Of a DNA stretch of 64,000 nucleotides, positions 1 through 11,100 are shown piece after piece. Under the pieces are notes generated by a model. It was given only the letters and a program-made list of their open reading frames with translations. It searched no databases and was not told where the DNA came from. The stretch's first letter is position 1; each line of letters opens with the position of its first letter. The stretch lies in the NCBI RefSeq assembly GCF_009914755.1, contig NC_060937.1; one strand, 5' to 3'. The position numbers were made by a program, and so were the translations under genes. The stretch is from the human T2T-CHM13v2.0 reference genome, Homo sapiens.

Positions 1-24
1 TGTCTAGATTTTGTATGACGATAT

Positions 25-41
25 TCCCTTTTCCAACGATA
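25..41 (-). other. Degenerate CENP-B box (one per L block), probably non-binding
   Basis: tcccttttccaacgata (tcccttttccagcgata in 11-mers) lacks the CpG of the CGGG core and alters the TTCG core. Confidence 0.85.
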
Positions 42-362
42 TCGTTAAAGCAATCTAAATATCCATTTGCAGAATCCACAAAAATAGAGTTTCAAAGCTG
101 CTCTGTAAAAAGAAAGGTTCCACTCTGTTAGCTGAGTACACACATCACAAACTTGTTTCTCAGAATCCTTCTGTCTCGTTTTTATGGGAAGATATTTACT
201 TTTTCACCGTAGGCATCAAAGCGCTCCAAATGTCCACATCCAGATACTCCAGAAAGAGTGTTTCAAACCTGCTCTATGAAAGGGAATCTTCAACTCTATG
301 AGTTGAATGCAGACATCAGAAAGAAATTTCTGAGAATGCTGCTGTCTACCTTTTATTTGAAT

Positions 363-379
363 TCCCGCTTCCAACGAAA
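363..379 (-). promoter_or_regulatory. CENP-B box (intact); recurs in every L and S block
   Basis: tcccgcttccaacgaaa, whose reverse complement TTTCGTTGGAAGCGGGA matches the consensus YTTCGTTGGAARCGGGA. Confidence 0.97.
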
Positions 380-535
380 TCCTCCAAGCTATCCAAATAT
401 CCACTTGCAGATTCCACAAAAAGAGTGTTTCAAAACTGCTCTCTATCAATGGCAAAGTTCAACTCTGTTAGTTGAGGACACATATCACCAACAAGTTTCT
501 GAGAATGCTTCTGTCTATTTTTTATGGGAAGATAT

Positions 536-552
536 TTCCTTTTTCACCGTAG
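536..552 (-). other. pJalpha-type box of A-type monomer (recurs in each L; variants in the other A monomers)
   Basis: ttcctttttcaccgtag, reverse complement CTACGGTGAAAAAGGAA, at the position homologous to the CENP-B box in alternate monomers. Confidence 0.75.
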
Positions 553-702
553 GCGTCAAGGCGATCGAAATGTCCACTTCCACAAACTACAAAAAGAGTG
601 TTTCAAACCTGCTCTATGAAAGGCCATGTTCATCTCTATGAGTCGAATGGAAATATCCGAAAGAAATTTCTGGGAATGCTGCTGTCTAGTTTTTATACGA
701 AT

Positions 703-719
703 TCCCGCTTCCAACGAAA
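703..719 (-). promoter_or_regulatory. CENP-B box (intact); recurs in every L block
   Basis: tcccgcttccaacgaaa, 340 bp from the previous box. Confidence 0.97.
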
Positions 720-1043
720 TCCTCAAAGCAATCCAAATATCCACTTGCAGAATCCACAAAAAGAGTGTTTCAAAACTGCTCTATCAATAGAAAGGTTCAA
801 CTCTTTTAGTTGAGTACACACATCACAAACAAGTTTCTGAGAATGCTTCTGTCTGGCTTTTATTGGAAGACGTTTCCTTTTCACCAAAGGCATCAAAGCG
901 CTCCAAATGTCCACTTCCAGATTCTTCCAAAAGAGTGTTTGAAACGTGCTCAAAGTAAGGGAATGTTCAACTCTGTGACTTGAATGCAGATATCACCAAG
1001 TAGTTTCTAATAGTGCTTCTGTCTAGATTTTAGATGATGATAT

Positions 1044-1060
1044 TCCCGTTTCCAACGAAA
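1044..1060 (-). promoter_or_regulatory. CENP-B box (intact); recurs in every L block
   Basis: tcccgtttccaacgaaa, reverse complement TTTCGTTGGAAACGGGA. Confidence 0.97.
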
Positions 1061-1552
1061 TCGTTAGAGCTATCCAAATATCCACTTACAGTTTCTACAA
1101 AAAGAGTGTTTCCAAACTGCTGCATCAAAAGAAAGGTTCAACTCTGTTAGTTGAGGACACACATCACAAAGAAGTTTGTGAGAATGCTTCTGTCTAGATT
1201 TTGTATGACCATATTCCCTTTTCCAGCGATATCATTAAAGCAATCTAAATATCCATTTGCAGAATCCACAAAAATAGAGTTTCAAAGCTGCTCTGTAAAA
1301 AGAAAGGTTCCACTCTGTTAGCTGAGTACACACATCACAAACTTGTTTCTGAGAATCCTTCTGTCTCGTTTTTATGGGAAGATATTTACTTTTTCACCGT
1401 AGGCATCAAAGCGCTCCAAATGTCCACATCCAGATACTCCAGAAAGAGTGTTTCAAACCTGCTCTATGAAAGGGAATCTTCAACTCTATGAGTTGAATGC
1501 AGACATCAGAAAGAAATTTCTGAGAATGCTGCTGTCTACCTTTTATTTGAAC

Positions 1553-1569
1553 TCCCGCTTCCAACGAAA
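1553..1569 (-). promoter_or_regulatory. CENP-B box (intact), first box of 4-mer block
   Basis: tcccgcttccaacgaaa. The adjacent T>C change (gaactc) lies 1 bp outside the 17-mer. Confidence 0.95.
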
Positions 1570-1892
1570 TCCTCCAAGCTATCCAAATATCCACTTGCAT
1601 TTTCCACAAAAAGAGTGCTTCAAAACTGCTCTATCAATAAATGTTCAACTCCTTTAGCTGGGTGCACACATCACAAACAAGTTTCTGAGAATGCTTCTGT
1701 CTAGTTTTTATGGGAAGACATTCCCTTTTTCACCAAAGGCATCAAAGCGCTCCAAATGTCCACTTCCAGACACTACAAAAAGAGTGTTTCCAACGTGCTC
1801 TAAGAAAGCGAATGTTCAACTCTGTGACTTGAATGCAGATATCACAAAGTAGTTTCTGAGAGGGCTTCTGTCTAGATTTTAGATGATGATAT

Positions 1893-1909
1893 TCCCGTTT
1901 CCAACGAAA
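1893..1909 (-). promoter_or_regulatory. CENP-B box (intact), second box of 4-mer block
   Basis: tcccgtttccaacgaaa. With 3 boxes per L and 2 per S, about 167 boxes are expected in the window; I did not check each one base by base. Confidence 0.95.
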
Positions 1910-1982
1910 TCATTAGAGCTATCCAAATATCCACTTACGGTTTCTACAAAAAGAGTGTTTCCAAACTGCTGCATCAAAAGAG

Positions 1983-3172
1983 AGGTTCCACTCTGTTAGC
2001 TGAGTACACACATCACAAACTTGTTTCTGAGAATCCTTCTGTGTCGTTTTTATGGGAAGATATTTACTTTTTCACCGTAGGCATCAAAGCGCTCCAAATG
2101 TCCACATCCAGATACTCCAGAAAGAGTGTTTCAAACCTGCTCTATGAAAGGGAATCTTCAACTCTATGAGTTGAATGCAGACATCAGAAAGAAATTTCTG
2201 AGAATGCTGCTGTCTACCTTTTATTTGAATTCCCGCTTCCAACGAAATCCTCCAAGCTATCCAAATATCCACTTGCAGATTCCACCAAAAGAGTGTTTCA
2301 AAACTGCTCTCTATCAATGGCAAAGTTCAACTCTGTTAGTTGAGGACACATATCACCAACAAGTTTCTGAGAATGCTTCTGTCTATTTTTTATGGGAAGA
2401 TATTTCCTTTTTCACCGTAGGCGTCAAGGCGATCGAAATGTCCACTTCCACAAACTACAAAAAGAGTGTTTCAAACCTGCTCTATGAAAGGCCATGTTCA
2501 TCTCTATGAGTCGAATGGAAATATCCGAAAGAAATTTCTGGGAATGCTGCTGTCTAGTTTTTATACGAATTCCCGCTTCCAACGAAATCCTCAAAGCAAT
2601 CCAAATATCCACTTGCAGAATCCACAAAAAGAGTGTTTCAAAACTGCTCTATCAATAGAAAGGTTCAACTCTTTTAGTTGAGTACACACATCACAAACAA
2701 GTTTCTGAGAATGCTTCTGTCTGGCTTTTATTGGAAGACGTTTCCTTTTCACCAAAGGCATCAAAGCGCTCCAAATGTCCACTTCCAGATTCTTCCAAAA
2801 GAGTGTTTGAAACGTGCTCAAAGTAAGGGAATGTTCAACTCTGTGACTTGAATGCAGATATCACCAAGTAGTTTCTAATAGTGCTTCTGTCTAGATTTTA
2901 GATGATGATATTCCCGTTTCCAACGAAATCGTTAGAGCTATCCAAATATCCACTTACAGTTGCTACAAAAACAGTGTTTCCAAACTGCTGCATCAAAAGA
3001 AAGGTTCAACTCTGTTAGTTGAGGACACACATCACAAAGAAGTTTGTGAGAATGCTTCTGTCTAGATTTTGTATGACGATATTCCCTTTTCCAACGATAT
3101 CGTTAAAGCAATCTAAATATCCATTTGCAGAATCCACAAAAATAGAGTTTCAAAGCTGCTCTGTAAAAAGAA
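1983..3172 (-). repeat. Representative 7-mer HOR variant (1190 bp); 23 stand-alone copies in window
   Basis: Exact 1190 bp period of marker ORFs (2084 to 3274, 5142 to 6332 to 7522, etc.) with the 4-monomer block absent. Confidence 0.95.
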
Positions 3173-5104
3173 AGGTTCCACTCTGTTAGCTGAGTACACA
3201 CATCACAAACTTGTTTCTCAGAATCCTTCTGTCTCGTTTTTCTGGGAAGATATTTACTTTTTCACCGTAGGCATCAAAGCGCTCCAAATGTCCACATCCA
3301 GATACTCCAGAAAGAGTGTTTCAAACCTGCTCTATGAAAGGGAATCTTCAACTCTATGAGTTGAATGCAGACATCAGAAAGAAATTTCTGAGAATGCTGC
3401 TGTCTACCTTTTATTTGAATTCCCGCTTCCAACGAAATCCTCCAAGCTATCCAAATATCCACTTGCAGATTCCACAAAAAGAGTGTTTCAAAACTGCTCT
3501 CTATCAATGGCAAAGTTCAACTCTGTTAGTTGAGGACACATATCACCAACAAGTTTCTGAGAATGCTTCTGTCTATTTTTTATGGGAAGATATTTCCTTT
3601 TTCACCGTAGGCGTCAAGGCGATCGAAATGTCCACTTCCACAAACTACAAAAAGAGTGTTTCAAACCTGCTCTATGAAAGGCCATGTTCATCTCTATGAG
3701 TCGAATGGAAATATCCGAAAGAAATTTCTGGGAATGCTGCTGTCTAGTTTTTATACGAATTCCCGCTTCCAACGAAATCCTCAAAGCAATCCAAATATCC
3801 ACTTGCAGAATCCACAAAAAGAGTGTTTCAAAACTGCTCTATCAATAGAAAGGTTCAACTCTTTTAGTTGAGTACACACATCACAAACAAGTTTCTGAGA
3901 ATGCTTCTGTCTGGCTTTTATTGGAAGACGTTTCCTTTTCACCAAAGGCATCAAAGCGCTCCAAATGTCCACTTCCAGATTCTTCCAAAAGAGTGTTTGA
4001 AACGTGCTCAAAGTAAGGGAATGTTCAACTCTGTGACTTGAATGCAGATATCACCAAGTAGTTTCTAATAGTGCTTCTGTCTAGATTTTAGATGATGATA
4101 TTCCCGTTTCCAACGAAATCGTTAGAGCTATCCAAATATCCACTTACAGTTGCTACAAAAACAGTGTTTCCAAACTGCTGCATCAAAAGAAAGGTTCAAC
4201 TCTGTTAGTTGAGGACACACATCACAAAGAAGTTTGTGAGAATGCTTCTGTCTAGATTTTGTATGACCATATTCCCTTTTCCAGCGATATCATTAAAGCA
4301 ATCTAAATATCCATTTGCAGAATCCACAAGAATAGAGTTTCAAAGCTGCTCTGTAAAAAGAAAGGTTCCACTCTGTTAGCTGAGTACACACATCACAAAC
4401 TTGTTTCTGAGAATCCTTCTGTCTCGTTTTTATGGGAAGATATTTACTTTTTCACCGTAGGCATCAAAGCGCTCCAAATGTCCACATCCAGATACTCCAG
4501 AAAGAGTGTTTCAAACCTGCTCTATGAAAGGGAATCTTCAACTCTATGAGTTGAATGCAGACATCAGAAAGAAATTTCTGAGAATGCTGCTGTCTACCTT
4601 TTATTTGAATTCCCGCTTCCAACGAAATCCTCCAAGCTATCCAAATATCCACTTGCATTTTCCACAAAAAGAGTGCTTCAAAACTGCTCTATCAATAAAT
4701 GTTCAACTCCTTTAGCTGGGTGCACACATCACAAACAAGTTTCTGAGAATGCTTCTGTCTAGTTTTTATGGGAAGACATTCCCTTTTTCACCAAAGGCAT
4801 CAAAGCGCTCCAAATGTCCACTTCCAGACACTACAAAAAGAGTGTTTCCAACGTGCTCTAAGAAAGCGAATGTTCAACTCTGTGACTTGAATGCAGATAT
4901 CACAAAGTAGTTTCTGAGAGGGCTTCTGTCTAGATTTTAGATGATGATATTCCCGTTTCCAACGAAATCATTAGAGCTAGCCAAATATCCACTTACGGTT
5001 TCTACAAAAAGAGTGTTTCCAAACTGCTGCATCAAAAGAGAGGTTCCACTCTGTTAGCTGAGTACACACATCACAAACTTGTTTCTGAGAATCCTTCTGT
5101 GTCG

Positions 5105-8100
5105 TTTTTATGGGAAGATATTTACTTTTTCACCGTAGGCATCAAAGCGCTCCAAATGTCCACATCCAGATACTCCAGAAAGAGTGTTTCAAACCTGCTC
5201 TATGAAAGGGAATCTTCAACTCTATGAGTTGAATGCAGACATCAGAAAGAAATTTCTGAGAATGCTGCTGTCTACCTTTTATTTGAATTCCCGCTTCCAA
5301 CGAAATCCTCCAAGCTATCCAAATATCCACTTGCAGATTCCACAAAAAGAGTGTTTCAAAACTGCTCTCTATCAATGGCAAAGTTCAACTCTGTTAGTTG
5401 AGGACACATATCACCAACAAGTTTCTGAGAATGCTTCTGTCTATTTTTTATGGGAAGATATTTCCTTTTTCACCGTAGGCGTCAAGGCGATCGAAATGTC
5501 CACTTCCACAAACTACAAAAAGAGTGTTTCAAACCTGCTCTATGAAAGGCCATGTTCATCTCTATGAGTCGAATGGAAATATCCGAAAGAAATTTCTGGG
5601 AATGCTGCTGTCTAGTTTTTATACGAATTCCCGCTTCCAACGAAATCCTCAAAGCAATCCAAATATCCACTTGCAGAATCCACAAAAAGAGTGTTTCAAA
5701 ACTGCTCTATCAATAGAAAGGTTCAACTCTTTTAGTTGAGTACACACATCACAAACAAGTTTCTGAGAATGCTTCTGTCTGGCTTTTATTGGAAGACGTT
5801 TCCTTTTCACCAAAGGCATCAAAGCGCTCCAAATGTCCACTTCCAGATTCTTCCAAAAGAGTGTTTGAAACGTGCTCAAAGTAAGGGAATGTTCAACTCT
5901 GTGACTTGAATGCAGATATCACCAAGTAGTTTCTAATAGTGCTTCTGTCTAGATTTTAGATGATGATATTCCCGTTTCCAACGAAATCGTTAGAGCTATC
6001 CAAATATCCACTTACAGTTGCTACAAAAACAGTGTTTCCAAACTGCTGCATCAAAAGAAAGGTTCAACTCTGTTAGTTGAGGACACACATCACAAAGAAG
6101 TTTGTGAGAATGCTTCTGTCTAGATTTTGTATGACGATATTCCCTTTTCCAACGATATCGTTAAAGCAATCTAAATATCCATTTGCAGAATCCACAAAAA
6201 TAGAGTTTCAAAGCTGCTCTGTAAAAAGAAAGGTTCCACTCTGTTAGCTGAGTACACACATCACAAACTTGTTTCTCAGAATCCTTCTGTCTCGTTTTTA
6301 TGGGAAGATATTTACTTTTTCACCGTAGGCATCAAAGCGCTCCAAATGTCCACATCCAGATACTCCAGAAAGAGTGTTTCAAACCTGCTCTATGAAAGGG
6401 AATCTTCAACTCTATGAGTTGAATGCAGACATCAGAAAGAAATTTCTGAGAATGCTGCTGTCTACCTTTTATTTGAATTCCCGCTTCCAACGAAATCCTC
6501 CAAGCTATCCAAATATCCACTTGCAGATTCCACAAAAAGAGTGTTTCAAAACTGCTCTCTATCAATGGCAAAGTTCAACTCTGTTAGTTGAGGACACATA
6601 TCACCAACAAGTTTCTGAGAATGCTTCTGTCTATTTTTTATGGGAAGATATTTCCTTTTTCACCGTAGGCGTCAAGGCGATCGAAATGTCCACTTCCACA
6701 AACTACAAAAAGGGTGTTTCAAACCTGCTCTATGAAAGGCCATGTTCATCTCTATGAGTCGAATGGAAATATCCGAAAGAAATTTCTGGGAATGCTGCTG
6801 TCTAGTTTTTATACGAATTCCCGCTTCCAACGAAATCCTCAAAGCAATCCAAATATCCACTTGCAGAATCCACAAAAAGAGTGTTTCAAAACTGCTCTAT
6901 CAATAGAAAGGTTCAACTCTTTTAGTTGAGTACACACATCACAAACAAGTTTCTGAGAATGCTTCTGTCTGGCTTTTATTGGAAGACGTTTCCTTTTCAC
7001 CAAAGGCATCAAAGCGCTCCAAATGTCCACTTCCAGATTCTTCCAAAAGAGTGTTTGAAACGTGCTCAAAGTAAGGGAATGTTCAACTCTGTGACTTGAA
7101 TGCAGATATCACCAAGTAGTTTCTAATAGTGCTTCTGTCTAGATTTTAGATGATGATATTCCCGTTTCCAACGAAATCGTTAGAGCTATCCAAATATCCA
7201 CTTACAGTTGCTACAAAAACAGTGTTTCCAAACTGCTGCATCAAAAGAAAGGTTCAACTCTGTTAGTTGAGGACACACATCACAAAGAAGTTTGTGAGAA
7301 TGCTTCTGTCTAGATTTTGTATGACGATATTCCCTTTTCCAACGATATCGTTAAAGCAATCTAAATATCCATTTGCAGAATCCACAAAAATAGAGTTTCA
7401 AAGCTGCTCTGTAAAAAGAAAGGTTCCACTCTGTTAGCTGAGTACACACATCACAAACTTGTTTCTCAGAATCCTTCTGTCTCGTTTTTATGGGAAGATA
7501 TTTACTTTTTCACCGTAGGCATCAAAGCGCTCCAAATGTCCACATCCAGATACTCCAGAAAGAGTGTTTCAAACCTGCTCTATGAAAGGGAATCTTCAAC
7601 TCTATGAGTTGAATGCAGACATCAGAAAGAAATTTCTGAGAATGCTGCTGTCTACCTTTTATTTGAATTCCCGCTTCCAACGAAATCCTCCAAGCTATCC
7701 AAATATCCACTTGCAGATTCCACAAAAAGAGTGTTTCAAAACTGCTCTCTATCAATGGCAAAGTTCAACTCTGTTAGTTGAGGACACATATCACCAACAA
7801 GTTTCTGAGAATGCTTCTGTCTATTTTTTATGGGAAGATATTTCCTTTTTCACCGTAGGCGTCAAGGCGATCGAAATGTCCACTTCCACAAACTACAAAA
7901 AGAGTGTTTCAAACCTGCTCTATGAAAGGCCATGTTCATCTCTATGAGTCGAATGGAAATATCCGAAAGAAATTTCTGGGAATGCTGCTGTCTAGTTTTT
8001 ATACGAATTCCCGCTTCCAACGAAATCCTCAAAGCAATCCAAATATCCACTTGCAGAATCCACAAAAAGAGTGTTTCAAAACTGCTCTATCAATAGAAAG

Positions 8101-11100
8101 GTTCAACTCTTTTAGTTGAGTACACACATCACAAACAAGTTTCTGAGAATGCTTCTGTCTGGCTTTTATTGGAAGACGTTTCCTTTTCACCAAAGGCATC
8201 AAAGCGCTCCAAATGTCCACTTCCAGATTCTTCCAAAAGAGTGTTTGAAACGTGCTCAAAGTAAGGGAATGTTCAACTCTGTGACTTGAATGCAGATATC
8301 ACCAAGTAGTTTCTAATAGTGCTTCTGTCTAGATTTTAGATGATGATATTCCCGTTTCCAACGAAATTGTTAGAGCTATCCAAATATCCACTTACAGTTT
8401 CTACAAAAAGAGTGTTTCCAAACTGCTGCATCAAAAGAAAGGTTCAACTCTGTTAGTTGAGGACACACATCACAAAGAAGTTTGTGAGAATGCTTCTGTC
8501 TAGATTTTGTATGACCATATTCCCTTTTCCAGCGATATCATTAAAGCAATCTAAATATCCATTTGCAGAATCCACAAAAATAGAGTTTCAAAGCTGCTCT
8601 GTAAAAAGAAAGGTTCCACTCTGTTAGCTGAGTACACACATCACAAACTTGTTTCTGAGAATCCTTCTGTCTCGTTTTTATGGGAAGATATTTACTTTTT
8701 CACCGTAGGCATCAAAGCGCTCCAAATGTCCACATCCAGATACTCCAGAAAGAGTGTTTCAAACCTGCTCTATGAAAGGGAATCTTCAACTCTATGAGTT
8801 GAATGCAGACATCAGAAAGAAATTTCTGAGAATGCTGCTGTCTACCTTTTATTTGAATTCCCGCTTCCAACGAAATCCTCCAAGCTATCCAAATATCCAC
8901 CTGCATTTTCCACAAAAAGAGCGTTTCAAAACTGCTCTATCAATAGAAATGTTCAACTCCTTTGGCTGGGTACACACATCACAAACAAGTTTCTGAGAAT
9001 GCTTCTGTCTAGTTTTTATGGGAAGACATTCCCTTTTTCACCAAAGGCATCAAAGCGCTCCAAATGTCCACTTCCAGACACTACAAAAAGAGTGTTTCCA
9101 ACGTGCTCTAAGAAAGCGAATGTTCAACTCTGTGACTTGAATGCAGATATCACAAAGTAGTTTCTGAGAGGGCTTCTGTCTAGATTTTAGATGATGATAT
9201 TCCCGTTTCCAACGAAATCATTAGAGCTATCCAAATATCCACTTACAGTTTCTACAAAAAGAGTGTTTCCAAACTGCTGCATCAAAAGAGAGGTTCCACT
9301 CTGTTAGCTGAGTACACACATCACAAACTTGTTTCTCAGAATCCTTCTGTCTCGTTTTTCTGGGAAGATATTTACTTTTTCACCGTAGGCATCAAAGCGC
9401 TCCAAATGTCCACATCCAGATACTCCAGAAAGAGTGTTTCAAACCTGCTCTATGAAAGGGAATCTTCAACTCTATGAGTTGAATGCAGACATCAGAAAGA
9501 AATTTCTGAGAATGCTGCTGTCTACCTTTTATTTGAATTCCCGCTTCCAACGAAATCCTCCAAGCTATCCAAATATCCACTTGCAGATTCCACAAAAAGA
9601 GTGTTTCAAAACTGCTCTCTATCAATGGCAAAGTTCAACTCTGTTAGTTGAGGACACATATCACCAACAAGTTTCTGAGAATGCTTCTGTCTATTTTTTA
9701 TGGGAAGATATTTCCTTTTTCACCGTAGGCGTCAAGGCGATCGAAATGTCCACTTCCACAAACTACAAAAAGAGTGTTTCAAACCTGCTCTATGAAAGGC
9801 CATGTTCATCTCTATGAGTCGAATGGAAATATCCGAAAGAAATTTCTGGGAATGCTGCTGTCTAGTTTTTATACGAATTCCCGCTTCCAACGAAATCCTC
9901 AAAGCAATCCAAATATCCACTTGCAGAATCCACAAAAAGAGTGTTTCAAAACTGCTCTATCAATAGAAAGGTTCAACTCTTTTAGTTGAGTACACACATC
10001 ACAAACAAGTTTCTGAGAATGCTTCTGTCTGGCTTTTATTGGAAGACGTTTCCTTTTCACCAAAGGCATCAAAGCGCTCCAAATGTCCACTTCCAGATTC
10101 TTCCAAAAGAGTGTTTGAAACGTGCTCAAAGTAAGGGAATGTTCAACTCTGTGACTTGAATGCAGATATCACCAAGTAGTTTCTAATAGTGCTTCTGTCT
10201 AGATTTTAGATGATGATATTCCCGTTTCCAACGAAATCGTTAGAGCTATCCAAATATCCACTTACAGTTGCTACAAAAACAGTGTTTCCAAACTGCTGCA
10301 TCAAAAGAAAGGTTCAACTCTGTTAGTTGAGGACACACGTCACAAAGAAGTTTGTGAGAATGCTTCTGTCTAGATTTTGTATGACGATATTCCCTTTTCC
10401 AACGATATCGTTAAAGCAATCTAAATATCCATTTGCAGAATCCACAAAAATAGAGTTTCAAAGCTGCTCTGTAAAAAGAAAGGTTCCACTCTGTTAGCTG
10501 AGTACACACATCACAAACTTGTTTCTCAGAATCCTTCTGTCTCGTTTTTATGGGAAGATATTTACTTTTTCACCGTAGGCATCAAAGCGCTCCAAATGTC
10601 CACATCCAGATACTCCAGAAAGAGTGTTTCAAACCTGCTCTATGAAAGGGAATCTTCAACTCTATGAGTTGAATGCAGACATCAGAAAGAAATTTCTGAG
10701 AATGCTGCTGTCTACCTTTTATTTGAATTCCCGCTTCCAACGAAATCCTCCAAGCTATCCAAATATCCACTTGCAGATTCCACAAAAAGAGTGTTTCAAA
10801 ACTGCTCTCTATCAATGGCAAAGTTCAACTCTGTTAGTTGAGGACACATATCACCAACAAGTTTCTGAGAATGCTTCTGTCTATTTTTTATGGGAAGATA
10901 TTTCCTTTTTCACCGTAGGCGTCAAGGCGATCGAAATGTCCACTTCCACAAACTACAAAAAGAGTGTTTCAAACCTGCTCTATGAAAGGCCATGTTCATC
11001 TCTATGAGTCGAATGGAAATATCCGAAAGAAATTTCTGGGAATGCTGCTGTCTAGTTTTTATACGAATTCCCGCTTCCAACGAAATCCTCAAAGCAATCC

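Larger units (their letters stand above)
115..1982 (-). repeat. D13Z1/D21Z1: Representative 11-mer HOR (1868 bp; L 115-1304 + S 1305-1982), D13Z1/D21Z1 (alphoid 21-I, SF2) family
   Basis: The minus strand reads aattcaaataaaaggtagacagcagcattctcagaaatttctttctgatgtctgc..., which I recognise from memory as the chr13/21 alphoid 11-mer. Five intact CENP-B boxes per 11-mer. EcoRI spacings in the array of 340, 850 and 680 bp fit the chr13/21 alphaRI fragments. Not confirmed by alignment. 19 L+S units in the window. Confidence 0.85.
1305..1982 (-). repeat. 4-mer block, haplotype A (678 bp); copies start at 1305, 4363, 23227, 32403, 35461 (677 bp) and 40897
   Basis: Diagnostics: 2-bp deletion atcaataaatgttc, gagtgcttc, ctttagctgggtgcac, and usually gaactc (EcoRI site lost), ttacggttt and ctgtgtcg. 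Confidence 0.9.

Noticed and set aside
10335-10343. cacgtca variant as a gained CRE/ATF-like site (TGACGTG on the minus strand)
   Set aside because: A 7-bp motif created by one SNP inside satellite DNA, with no evidence of function.
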